A stretch of 64,000 bases of DNA from Ramazzottius varieornatus (GCA_001949185.1 BDGG01000003.1:128679-192678), one strand, 5' to 3'. Shown: positions 13,685-26,330, counted from the stretch's first letter. The notes: generated from the sequence alone by a model not told the origin. Numbers and translations are program-made.

Positions 13685-14574
13685 ATGATTGAAATGATTG
13701 GTAGTTCAGAGCGCTTGTTTGTGTCCAGATAAGCCCGTGATGCGGTGATCGTAATCAGACGTCAATCCGAAGTTAATGCTGAACAGGGGATCCAGCAATC
13801 AAGGTCATAATTTTGTCGCGAAAAGGGTATTGCCACAGGTGCTTGAAGTATGAATCTTAATCGACTGAAACCAAATGCTCGTGACTTGTAAAGTCAGCTA
13901 CTGCTCAAGGAAACCACGCGTGAATAATACGACTCAGAACTGAGAAATAAGCAAGCTTATTTGATGTGAACTTTGGAGTGACTTCCTGCTCACTCTGATG
14001 TTGTACTCTCATCTCCAAGTACCCTGCAATCTCGTACCTTCAATTTCTGGCCATGTTAGCTCGTACAAGCTTGTCTACTGGCAACCACGCCTTTCTGACT
14101 TCATTTTATTATTCTTCTTGCTCGCGATCCGCTCGCAATTTCGTCCGCCCACCCTCCTGCATTTACTCTGTTTTGTACGATACTCTCACGGGAGCTTGCC
14201 GATATGTAAGCTTCCATATCGCCAGTCAGTTCCGTGTTCGGTCCTTCCTAATTGTCTTTAGTCTTAGGAGCGACAGATGAGTTAACAGCGGTTTTACTTA
14301 CTCGAGTGGCCGGGCTTTCCGAGCCTTGCAGTTGCACTGTTGCAGCGCCGCCACAAGAGCCACTAGTGCGTAAAACAACATGAGTTCAAGGCTCGATAAC
14401 ATACAGTACTGCTACTAGTAGCATTGGCATAAGAGTGTGCCATATCACAACAGCCCGACAGAGCCATAGCCCTACGACATTGATGACTTCCTAGAGTAAC
14501 AGTTTTACGAAGTTTCAGCTTATTTTTGAGCGGTATGTGGTTAAACAGACGAAAGTAAAGTTCCAAAGTCCGTG

Positions 14575-15590
14575 TCAGCTGATCCACCTCTTTGTACAGC
14601 ATTCGCGTGCCTTTTCCACCATGTTCGTCGCCTCTTCGATACGGTCCACGATCTCGCTGGCACCAACTAACCGCGAATCCGCCAGTCCAGCTTCTTGAAT
14701 GTGAGAGGCTACCTGTTTTGCAACAAGCATCTGAGCAATGATTAGTCCGTCAGAGCACAGCGGCCAGGCCACAAAGGGAACCCCGCTCATCAGTCCTTCC
14801 ATCCGCAGTGGCTGACAAAAACACCGACACTTTCATGAGCCAGAATCAGCTTTTGCGGCGCCCATTCGACAATCCGGATTTGCTTGTCAAACGTGCCACA
14901 CTTCAGTTCTTCCGGCAAGGCATCTTGTGCAAGATTCTTAATGGACCAAATAACAGGTCGATCCAGCGACCTAACAGCTTCCGCGATCTCCCTCACTTGA
15001 TCTGGACGGGGCGACATCATGCTACCGAAAAAGATGTACACAACCGACTGCAAGGTTTTTTCGTCCAACCACTGTTTAACTTTCTTGTCGTCCGGCTTGG
15101 TCGTTTCTTCTGCAGGGATCAGCGGACCCACGCAGTACAGCGGTACGTTTTTCATCCCGGACTGCTGCCGAATAGAATCCAAGGTACTACATCAATCTCG
15201 CGCAGACTGCTGAAGATTACACCCTTGGAGTGAGGCATTGTGGTCTTGAGCGGTAAAAGTACCCCGTGAAGCAGGGTCTTCATTATCGGTACACGGATCT
15301 TCCCATCAGGTCCAGGCACAGGTATGAAACCGGGAACGGTTGCTGGTTGGTCTACAGCGATAGCTTCGATGTCGTCCGCCAATAAATGCACATACAAGCT
15401 CAAATTGTAAGCGGGTCCAGTATTAAGGGAATAAAAGGGTATCCCTCGTCCCATGCATGTCAGCGAAGCCGCTCCGGCCATGTTGTCCAGAATGACGACA
15501 TCAACCAGCGGAATCCCTTGCGAACTGACTTCTTCGTCGCCCTTCAAGGTTATATGTTGAGCGAGTTGATCCATTCTTGCCAACAGTTTT
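14575..15590 (-). pseudogene. UDP-glycosyltransferase pseudogene, plant-type PSPG box, intronless and 5'-truncated
   Basis: Three overlapping frames give DVVILDNM...KGVIFSSLREID / YCVGPL...WLDEKTLQSVVYIFFGS...WAPQKLILAHESVGVFVSHCGW / MEGLMSGVPFVAWPLCSD. Frameshifts at ~15185 and ~14800. The N-terminal region with the catalytic His is absent. Confidence 0.88.
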
Positions 15591-16762
15591 TGCCAGATTC
15601 ATCTTTAAGCAGCCATTGATCGTTCGGTGCATCCTTCTTCATTTCCGAGAAGCTTGTCTGATACCGAACAAGCCCGACCTGCTCTTCGGTCAAGTCCTTA
15701 CCAAGGAAAGTCGCGAGTTTGCGTATTATTCCAGCGTGATCCTGCAAGTAACGCGGGGAACCCTCGCTATCAAGTAGTACGTTGGAAGATGAGTTCTGGT
15801 TCTAGGCAATCAAGCATGTGCAGGACCATAGGAAGGATCGGCACTTCACTCGGACGCTGCCTCATAATCTTGCTGTTTGGTGCCACTAAAATTACCTTTT
15901 CGAGGTGCTCGTAAGAAAGCAGGAAAATGTTGGGCTCATGGCGGCGTGACCAATAGCTGTGCAGATTTGCGAAGTATGGCGTGTTAGCCACTTGGTTACT
16001 CATAAAACGCTCGGCAAAGTCTTCGAAGATTCCCAGGTTGTCAATCAGCACGGAAGGGTCTGAGGCGTGGAAATAGTAGTATGACACCATCACGTCCTTT
16101 ACATGCCGATAGACATACACAATCTGGAAAAAGATCGACAACTTTAGTTGTCAAATGTAACGACAATGTAACAACAGCTAACATCAACAAACCTTGCACT
16201 TTTTTTCAATGGCGCTTTGTGGGAGGAGATTGCGTGGTAGGTGTGACCAAAGGTATCGCGGATGGGGCGTTGCGCGGATGAAGTTTAACGCGATGGTATT
16301 ACCGAAGCGCGCTTCGATCATCTTGAAAAGGGTGGTCGGCCGACCGCCGTATTCAGCACCGCGGATCAGGCTTGCCGCCAGCTTCTCTTTGCTACCATCG
16401 TGCTTGATCAGCTCGATAATTTTGCCGGTCCATGTGGTTCCTGCCGTTAAAACTGTTCTGCTTACATTGCTTCGAAAACACACTGTGCTGTATTCATTGC
16501 CGTACCGGACTTCGGAAAAGAATACAGGAACATATCGTTATGTTCGCATTCCAGCTCTTCCACTTCAGGCATCACAGACACGAAATCAGCGTGAAGCTTG
16601 CATCCTCTATAGCTGATCCTATACAACACGTCAGAAGCTTCATCAGCTCACCGTAAAATTTAGTCGAAAGGGAAACATGGCAGTATGCAGTACTTACAGC
16701 TTGTGCTTGAAAGAGACACGCTGGTCTGGTCTTGAAGGTCCTTTAGCTGAAACTTTGTCCAT
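15550..16762 (-). pseudogene. Cytosolic sulfotransferase (SULT1-like), 3'-truncated
   Basis: Five exons. PSB loop SFPKSG|TTW, catalytic His in WSHLP, 3'PB motif YVYRHVKDVMVSYY, then SYEHL and IRKLATFLG...TSFSEMK. The frame ends NCWQEWINSLNI* without the RKGxxGxW motif. Confidence 0.85.
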
Positions 16763-19628
16763 GGATATGATGGTCAGAAACACGCAAAATGAACCGATGA
16801 TCAGATTTCACGCGACGTTCCGGGAAAGTTTCGTACAGCGACTGGAGCTATCTACAACAGCTTTCCTCTTGCCAGTATATTGTTAGGGACCTCAACAAGG
16901 TGGAGGAACTGGGCAAGCCGTCACTAAAGATCAGGTTGAAAGTTACGGCGGCGAAAACGACCGCTGTCGAACTCATAAAGGCCAAATTATAGTGTATTTG
17001 ATATTGAAAGGGCTTCCCGATAACTACCGTAGTATCCCTTTAATCGGAGTAAGTCGAAGTCTAGCTTCACAGTGCTTACAGAGAACGCTGCATCTATAAC
17101 AATTCTATCTGATAATACATAATTTACCCTACTGTATCTCAGAAACCTGTTCTGCTGGAAAAACTTGTTCATTATTTTCGCCATTTGCTGTAAGAACGCG
17201 TTTTGGCGACTGCTTGCTGCAAGCTTAATTTTTAACCTGTCGATCTGAAGCCGGAGCGACGAAGCTTCATGTTCGCAATCTGTCAATAGATTACACCCTG
17301 ACTGAAGGAATCCGGTGGACATCCGTCTGTCGGCATCCCCGGGCTGAGCTTCTCGGCGTAGAAAAAACATTTAGCGACCTACAGAACCTGAGTGCCCGGA
17401 CAAGGAGAACTGACGCACAAAAGCAAGACTAAGTTTCGATGATCAATCGGCAAAAACCTGGTATCGATAAGTCTTTCCATTGGACACCTACGAGCGGCGC
17501 CGCCATAGTCGGCACACACCAGCATCTCCATGGAGTGATACCCAGAGTACTCACCAAGTTTTCTGCTAGCACCAGCTTTCCGTGGGAGTTCCATGTCATA
17601 TAACATTACGGCTTCGACTTCTGGTGGACGAAGGCATGTGGACGTGGACGGACGTGAATGTAGCTAGAGTGAAACGATATAACCTCTGGTGTATTCACTG
17701 CAGTACAGGCCTCTGTACAGGCTCTTTGATACACTGGAAAAGTCCAATTCCACAATCAAGCGTAGAAAAACAAGACAGGGCGGACTTTTCCTGTTGATCG
17801 TGAGATAGCCCTTGATTGACCAGGGCCGACTTTTGTGACTTCAGTTCTGCCGCTGATGTTGGACATAATTGATTGACTGGGGAAATGTGTATCAACGCGT
17901 ACTTCCGATGCAGTGAATACAATAGAGGCAATATCGTTTCACTCTGACATAGCCAAATGGCACACGCTCATCCCACGACAACGAATTTGACGCAAATTGA
18001 TCGCACTATTGGAGAGATTAGACGAAGTAGTGGAACCGCTGTGCATACCCTAGAGCCGTAAAATATGGAAGCGATAGAGGCACTTATCACTACTAACGAA
18101 CATTACCATTGATCAAATGGGTACAGAGGCAACGCCCCGGCGAAGTCGGTTACATTACGGTTACCTGACGGTTGACGGCTAATAGCACACTCCAGGGCTT
18201 ACGTCCACCAGTAGTCCAAGTGTTCACAGGTGGTAAGGAGGAAGACAGCAGGAGAAAGTAGGAAGCTCCGTCGAGCACGGGATGTCTTGGTTAGGGAATG
18301 TCCATCAGCTGGCTCTTTCGTCACCACAGATAAGGCTGTCGATGTTCCGGTAACAGGCCTTCCCCATCGCTAGCTGGTTCCAAACGAGAAACCAGCAACA
18401 AGTTCTAAAAAAACAAAACTAGAAAGGGAGACGGTCTAGATATGATACGGATCTGTCAGATCCTCGGCAAGCGCGAAAGGAATGATGCGGGAAGCAGCAA
18501 AGCTTTTGACGAAATGCGCAACTGATCATATCAATCCAGTGTGCTTCCTTCTGAATTGAAATTTATTTTCGATGATAACTTCCAGTCCCTACCCGGAAGC
18601 TACTTGAGGACTGTCAAGACAGAACCCTAAACATTGAACTTGTCCCAACGGTTCAGGAACCGGTTTTTTGTGTTTTGGCACCTGGGGTAGAATCAACGGT
18701 TATTGTACGATGCGATAGAGTAACTAAAAGCTTTCGATCGCGCTTTAAAAAGATACCAGCAGACTTACGAGACCAGAGATGTTGACGAATAAACCAAGGG
18801 TGCGAGGAAGAACTTCTCGGAAACTCACACTTCTCAAACAGAACTAGAAAATGCCCCCACAGTGAACATCAAAGCCACGAATAACATTTGAAAATGTAAA
18901 ATGAAAGAAAACCATGAAAACATGTACAAAACAACAGACAAAGAAACTCGAAATGATACCAAGTAAATCGCTCAGTAAAAAGAACCAGCACACGTGTATC
19001 ATTCAAAGCGTTTTTTCTTCCTAGGGGCTGTAAAATTTTCAAGTCTTTTTGCTGGCTTAGTTGTTTGCGGCTTTTTGCGGCATTTTTGGGTTCTGCAAGA
19101 AATGGCTGCGGAGACTTCGTCTTTTATCTTCTCACCTGTTCCCATCAAAGACATGAACTCGCTGCCGGAAAAATAACTGATCTACCTTGCTACCATGGGC
19201 GGATAACCTGATCAAATGTCGAAGTCAGGGAAGTTATTTGAAGATTCTCGTCGGAGGGTTAGAAGGTCATACTTCCGCACCTGATACATGACCAACTCCC
19301 GCATTTGTGAAGGAGCTCATTCCTTCAATGGCTTAATCGACTCTGGAATATCTATGCACTTTGCTTCTTATGCTTTGGGCTATAGGGTGTGACGGTACAT
19401 GGTTCTTAACCTGGTACATGGTTTCCCCGTGGACGGTTCAATTCATGCCGACACTATCCGCGCGGCTCGAGTGTGAAACAGTACACGCGCGAAGGAAAAG
19501 TTTGGAAAAGACCGTTAACGGCGGCACGGCTTTTGATTTCTGTCTCCAACTTACATGTAGAATCCTAGTTTGTCGTCTTTTCCGCTTGTTCCAACTTTTT
19601 ACTGCTCTAAACTTTTCCTTCGCGCTTT

Positions 19629-20148
19629 TACTGTACGAAATGGTGAGCGAGCTTTTCGACTAACCACTCCGAGAATGTATGAGAAATACCTCTAATTTTT
19701 TTCCATTCACCGCACTGAAGTTGAAGGTTACCTATTGCCGAATTTGGTACAGTGCAAGGTGCGACTGGGAGTGATATCAGGACAAATACATTCCGGGCCG
19801 GGACCAGACGATCGGATAATTTGCACCGAACGCGAGGAAAACTTCCTTTTGGCTGGGATAAATTAAAGTAACTAGTAACACCTGCGCAGAAAAAGTAAAA
19901 CTTTTTAAAGCACGTCAGCCGTAGAGCTTTCCAGCTAGTCAAGTCAGCAGCCCGAGGTTATCATTATGTGATTTTTTATCCTGACCGTTTTGACTTTGCG
20001 CTTTTTCGATGAGAGTAATTTGAAAATAGGAAGTTTTTTCCGGCATTTTACAGCGTATTCTGCATGCAAATACCGCACTTTTTATCCAGGTGAAGTCAAG
20101 CCGTCTGTACGCAAAGTGCGAACAAACTCATCTTCGCCAAACTCAGTA
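19629..20148. repeat. ~520-bp dispersed repeat, copy 1 (probable non-autonomous DNA transposon)
   Basis: Colinear similarity with 25801-26330 over its whole length (e.g. GAGAAATACCTCTAATTTTTT, GGTGCGACTGGGAGTGATA, TTTTATCCAGGTGAAGT). Starts TACTGT and ends CAGTA. Confidence 0.9.
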
Positions 20149-23100
20149 ATATTCGTAGGTATTCTCCTTATCGTGGGCCGCCTTGGTCGATATATTCCCG
20201 TAGTTTCTAGCTCAGCTCCCTCTGAAACGGCAGGTGTACTCTTCAGGTTATCTTCCAGCACAGCCAGGTTCCCGCGCAGCTCTCTCGGCAGCACGACCAT
20301 CAGGATTTCCCTTGGCGTATTGACGAATCGAATCGGTCTGTCCGCCTTCAGACAACTTCTCACAATGGCTCGCAGCGCATGCAACGACGTATAATCTGAA
20401 GCAGTCAAATGCAAACCGTCGAATATCACCTCTTCCTCGTGGTCTAGAGCCTTGTCTTTATGTTCGTCATTTGCAGCCGCGATCCTTTGTTCAAGTATAG
20501 TGTTCTGGAAGAAGTCTTTCAGAAACTCTGCGGATGGGAAGTAGATGGCGCCTTGTGGGGTGACAGTGATGGTTGTGGTACGTTTTCTGGCGGTGATGGT
20601 CGAGTCGACGTGGATGGGTGACTCGTAAGTGGTTTGGTGGCATTCGGCAATTATGCGTGGGCGGGCTATAGGGTAGAGCAAGACCAAGAAGGATACTCCG
20701 ACGCCGACTAGAATACCGTAATCGACACTGGTAACGAAGCTGACCACAATCGTAACCAAGAGCGGTAAGAGTTCCATCTTGTTGACGCGCCATAGGTCCG
20801 TGAAGATTTTGAACTCAAAGAGAATGAGAACAGCAGCTATGATCACGGCCGAAAGCGAAGATTTCGGAACGTATTTGAAAGCCTATAAATACGAAATACT
20901 CACCGAAATGTCTAACATTCGGCTGAATGTGCGAGTATTCGAAATTACCTGCGAAAGGACGGTCATAGCCATAAGCACAAACGCTCCTGTCCAGACACAT
21001 CCCAACTGCGTCCTCACTCCGCTCTGCGCATTCAGTGCAGATCGCGTGAAACTTCCCGTAATCGGAAATCCCCGAAAAAACGAGTTGAAAATATTCGCCA
21101 CGCCCAATGCAATCAGTTCCTGGTTGGGAATAATCTTGTACTGGAACTGTGTCGCAAAGCTCTTTGCGACCGCTATCGACTCGAGGCAAGCAACCAAGAC
21201 CAAAAAGGGCAGTTTCGGGCCGATAGCACTGAGGGTTTCTCCCATGGTCTTGTTGTCCCACGATAGCTGCGGAAATCTGAATGGAGGTATGCCGGCTTCT
21301 ACTTTACCGGTGAGCTGGATGCGAGACTGTCCTTCCGGTGTCGTACCGAAGACTGCGTAGTAGCCGAGCGTGGTGGATATTATAATCACAATACCGGACC
21401 GCACTGAAAAGAATCTGTGGACACTTGGGCTACCAAAATGGTGGAGTGTGTTGCAAAATGGTGAAATTTTCGGCACTTACATACACCAATTGTCTTCACA
21501 GCTTCACGCATAACCTTCCACACAGTTCGCTGTATCCCAAATTGCGGTATTTTCGGTAATCTCATCCGCTTCATAACGAGGAGAAGGCACAGGCTCACGA
21601 TGCCGAGAAGAGTATCCCATCCGCTAGAACATCACGTGGACTTCAGTCAAAGGGGCAGGAAATAGGAAAAGGACTAAAGCGACATCTGCCAGCGTACCTG
21701 ATCTCGCGTATGTGTTTTGCGTAACCTACAGTCTGCTGCACGACCGAATCGGCACTGCTTCCGAACTTTAGTCCCACAAGTGTCTTTATCTGACCGTACA
21801 TGATAACAAAAGCCGACGCGGAAGTGAAACCACTGATAACGGGTTTCGAGAGAAACTTTACGAAGAAACCTGAAATTGAAACCTCGAGCATCAAGCGATT
21901 TGGAGCTTTCAGGATACCAGGCGGGAAAGTCAATTTCGCCATTTTATAACTGGTAAAAACTGGGGGTGTTACTAAATAGGACCAATCATCACCTTCTTGA
22001 TTGGCCGAAATTTGAAAATACGATGTACAGTGCGTCACCTATCACTTGGAATGGCCCACCTTTATGTTTTTCTCTGGACCACCGGTCGAATCTTTTCTGA
22101 AATCGGAAACATTTGCTGGATGCAGAAACGTTTGAACTCGAAACCAGACTTTTTTGTGGAGATACTGGCTCAACCGAAAGCCTGAGTGAAAATCTTTTTA
22201 CGGTGTCATGTTACGGAAGTCATTCCAGCAAGAGCGGGGGATGACTTCCTCTCATTTCACTCGTCGGAAGATCACGACACTCTTCCGTAAGAGGCCATGG
22301 AAACTATGTCTCCGGCGCGCAGATACTTTAGTTTCAGTCTCTCGCGCATGGCTAGTATAGTCTTAAATTACTTCGCGGGCGGGATCTCGTGCGCGTGGAC
22401 CTCACCAAAAATAATTTACTGGCTGGGACGGAATTTCCAACGAGAACGGAAAAAAATTCCAGACAGTCTTGCAGATACACTGTCCAGTGGCTACTAATTG
22501 TGGCTTGGAGGGAAGTTGATTCTTCAGGCAGAGGGGAAATAACGAGAAGCAAAAGTTAAACTGGAATTCCGCCACGTACATATCAGCATGCGCCGGAAAG
22601 CGAGTTTACTATCCAGTGCTCAAGGTGTTAAAGCATTTGCTTGTGGGCCATTATGTAAAATCACAATAAGTAGTCGAGAATCATACCCAGATTGAGAGCG
22701 CCGACAGCGAGCTGAATACATCCAGTGTAGAAACACAACAATATGGCGTATTTGACTTTCTCTTCCTCATCGACGTCCCTGGGATATGCTCCGGCAGTCA
22801 ACAGAGATAATATGGCGGTCGGGCCCAGTGTGAGATCTTTCGCCGTGCCGAAGAGGGCGTAGACGAAGCACCCCATGAATGCCGAGTTTAAGCCCATCTA
22901 CATATAAGTATCAACTAGCAAGTGGTCTTGACCACTGGAAAGGCCGAGCGCGCGCGAGGAACAAGTAGCCGTAGCACATTTATACAAATGTCCGTCACCC
23001 AGGTCAACTGACCCACGGTCTGGTGACTTTTGGTTATGCCGTTAGCCCATAACGTCGTGGCGGTCTTGCGACTCGTGTCCGCGAACCGCCATAACGGACT

Positions 23101-23652
23101 GCGTACTGTAACGACGGCGAATAAAAATTTCCAGGTGCCCGGATCAACTGGCGCGCCATTTTTCATCATTGTGTTTGTGATATCTGAAAGCTTCATCGTT
23201 TTCCTCATCCATTGAGTTTTGACAGACTTAAAAGGGCTTCGCTTCGCTCGGCCTGATGATTACGATTAATATGAAATTGCAGTCGATTTTGGCTAAAGTT
23301 TACTTACATCCAGTGGAAGTTCGGCGATGGCAGCGTAAGCTAACGCTTGCGGTACAACAGTCATGCCGACGGTCAAGCCGGCAATTGCATCTCCGCGAAA
23401 GTCCTGTAGATTGTATCTGGGTAGCCAGTAAGTGAATGGAACTCGACCGCGCCATGCTGTCAAAGAGCAAAGGTGCCCAAGCCCACGCTTGATATCGGCC
23501 CAACTGAATGCTCCTCCTGCCTTTACTACTTCAGTATTCTGGAACGTGACAGTCCATGGTAAATCTTCCGTGATATCCGGAACTCGACTTTTGTTTGGCG
23601 ATTCAGCCCTGTTGAGGTCTGTTAGACCAATAAAAGCGGTATTGTCTACCAT
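20082..23652 (-). CDS. SLC26A11: Sodium-independent sulfate/anion transporter, SLC26A11-like
   Basis: GDAIAGLTVGMTVVPQALAYAAIA, FGTAKDLTLGPTAILSL, SKPVISGFTSA, NQELIALG, TGSFTRSALN and a STAS domain (IYFPSAE...IFDG...DYTS). About six exons. Confidence 0.93.
22915..23259 (-). mobile_element. Non-autonomous Helitron-like element in SLC26 intron 1
   Basis: On the minus strand it starts A|TC and ends with the hairpin AGTGGTCAAGACCACT followed by CTAG|T. Subterminal inverted repeat AGGCCGAGCG / CGCTCGGCCT. Confidence 0.6.
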
Positions 23653-24188
23653 GCTACATGAAGTCCAGAACGCGCAACACTTGGAAAGGTTTGCCGGTTA
23701 AAACGAAAACGTACACAAATCACTACAAACAGAATCGAAGAACCACTGTATAACTCATAGCGATAGCTTTTGTCTGCTGGTGCCGCTACATTCTGATCGA
23801 GCTTACTGTTGTTCGTTCTTCGCAGTTAAAGATAAGATAGACCCTTCACAGCACACGCCGTTCCCACACTGACGAAATGCCTACGCACCTGCATACGGTA
23901 TGGAGAAGAAAGTTCCCGTAGAAGAAAGCGAGATGAAATGAAACCAGCGATGGAAGGGTGCGGAAATTATCAAAAATTATCAGCATTCGCGAAACTGCGG
24001 TAAAAGTGTCTTCTGACTGGGTGAAACAAGCTATCACTGTGGGTTTCCATGTATGCCACCCAAAGCTTATCTTTCACCGGAAGAAACTTCGTATTGCATC
24101 CGGAATACACCATCGTACCTCCGGCACTCAGACGGAACAAGTTTCAGAGACACCGAGATAGTTTTACACTTTAGTTGACGCGTGGCCG

Positions 24189-24762
24189 CAGAAACGGGAT
24201 AAGTGTGATTTACCGAAATTTACCGAAACTAAATCGAACTTATGGATTCGGTATGAGAAATTACCGAAACCGAAATTATCGGTGTGAGTCTCACACCGAA
24301 AAACCGATTTCGGTGTGCGTTCGCACCAAACCGATACCAAATCGAAATTTTTCGGTAAATTGAAACATACAGAAAGGCCCAGAAAGATGAGAGTTTGACC
24401 GATTTCTGAGCGATCCCGAGAAAGTTTTCGGCTCACAGACTGTATCTCTGCTAGCTTGATAGACAGTCATCCGGTGGAGGAAAACCTCCCAACATCTCAA
24501 GACACGCCAAGCGTTGTACGCTTGCGGCTCGCCCCGTTTTGCGCCAGTTTTACCTGGTTTTTCCCGTTAACAAGAGAAACTTCATATTTTTCGGTTTACC
24601 GATTCTTCGATTTGATTTGGTGATAAATCGAAATTTCGGTGCAGCAATTTACCAAATCAAGAATATCGGTGTGGACTTCATACTGAAATTTTCGATTCGG
24701 TGTGAGAGTTTACCAAATCGGAAAACACCACACCGAATTTAATCGCACTTATCCCATCTCTA
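24189..24762. mobile_element. hAT-type MITE with subterminal ACCGA(A) arrays
   Basis: TIR CAGAAACGGGATAAGTGTGATT vs reverse complement of the right end, TAGAGATGGGATAAGTGCGATT. Many ACCGAAA/TTTCGGT motifs at both ends. Imperfect TSD (CGCGTGG on both sides, offset by a few nt on the left). Confidence 0.75.
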
Positions 24763-25800
24763 CGCGTGGGACAATCTACGCAGACCCCAAAGAGGCTAGT
24801 TTTCGACGCCGGCAGAATGTACCGAGACAGTTGATCGTGTCTCTCGTAAGTCACGTGACCGGATAGAAGAAATCTTTTGCACAGTTCAAAACATTCAGAT
24901 TGGATAATCGTATCGGGCGATACGGATTTTTGAATGGAAGGATGGGGCGGGGGGCGGTCATTATTGGGAGACACTGTACCAATTGAAAACGAAAAATACT
25001 GAACGATGTCTATAGGTGGCTAAGTCAGAAAAATCTGAAGGGGCTCGAAATTTTGAGTGAAAATGTTTCGACGTCACAGTGACGTTATACAGCGTGAGAA
25101 TGCGCCTGCATCTGTCCGGACATAAAACTCCCATGTGGAGGTATGTCAGCTGGTAACCACCCCTAAAATTTCTGAGGAAATTCTCCCAGAAGGGCGACAG
25201 TTTTTTCAGACTGTTAGTCACGGCCAGATACGGCAAACTCACCCCATGATACCATTCCATATTCTCTATAAGGTAATGTCAGAAAAGGCTCGATCGGAGT
25301 CAAAAACTTTTGTCTCCAAACTGGGCCGCCGACACCCATACGTTTTTCTCCATGACAACGACTTCAATAACCATCTTTCCCCAATTATGGCCGAAGAATC
25401 AAAATGCTTTGATTCTTATCCATACTCGAGTTTTGACCTTTGTGAGGATGCTACAAAGATCGGAGATCCGACATGTGGCTGGGAGTCATTTCTCTGATAA
25501 TATTAATTATATCCCAAACTGTTGTAAGCTGCGCACCTAATTTTAGCCCGTGCTGGATGGCTGGTAGCGTAAATCGCACCGAAGACGGCCGGCAAAGTTG
25601 TTCACCACGAATGATAGATACATGCCCAACTCCCGCAATTATAAAAGAGTTCATTCCCTCAAGGTAGTGATGAACTTTTGGAATATTTATCTGCCTCGCT
25701 TGTTGCGACTTGGACTCTGCAGTCCGACGGTGCAGGAATTTCTTTTCGTAGGCGCTTCAACGGATGCCGACACTATCCACGAGGATCAAGTGTGAAAGAG

Positions 25801-26330
25801 TACTGTGCGAAATAGTGAGTAGACTTTTCGACTAAGCAGTACGAGAAAGTGTGAGAAATGCCTCTAATTTTTCTTCCATTCACCGCTCTGAAGTTTGAAG
25901 AGTGCCTGTTGCCGAATTTGGTACAGCGCAAGGTGCGACTGGGAGTGATACCAGGACAAATGCATACCGCGCCGGGACTAAGCGATCTGATAATCTGCAC
26001 TGAACGCGAGGAAAACTTTTTGGCTGGGATAAAGATACTACCAAACCACGTGCGCAGAAAAAGGTTCAGCTACCCAACGTACGTCAAGCGTAGATCGTCT
26101 GAAGCTAGTGAAGTCAGTTTGCGGTTGTAGCGCAACTCGAGGTGACGTTAAGTCGTTTTTTATCCTGACCGTTTCCACTTTGCGTTTCTTCGATGAGTGT
26201 AATTTGAGAATACGAAATCTTTTCCGACGTTTCATAGCGTATTGTGTTTTTTGCGTGCAAATACCGCGCTTTTTATCCAGGTGAAGTAAGCTGTCTGTAC
26301 GCAGCGTACACACAAATTCGTTCCACCAAA
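25801..26330. repeat. ~520-bp dispersed repeat, copy 2
   Basis: Direct-orientation copy of 19629-20148, just downstream of the FAM234-like polyA signal (TTTATT at 26361, i.e. AATAAA on the minus strand). Confidence 0.9.

Noticed and set aside
15584-15596. Programmed -1 frameshift joining SULT and UGT
   Set aside because: C AAA AAC is not a canonical X XXY YYZ heptamer, and two further frameshifts downstream would still break the UGT.
16900-18500. Coiled-coil-like ORF 16987-17370 and neighbouring ORFs
   Set aside because: No family motif; may be a decayed gene or TE remnant but cannot be assigned.
24189-24762. CRISPR-like array suggested by recurring ACCGAAA motifs
   Set aside because: Irregular short motifs inside TIRs in a eukaryotic context, with no constant repeat-spacer period and no cas genes.
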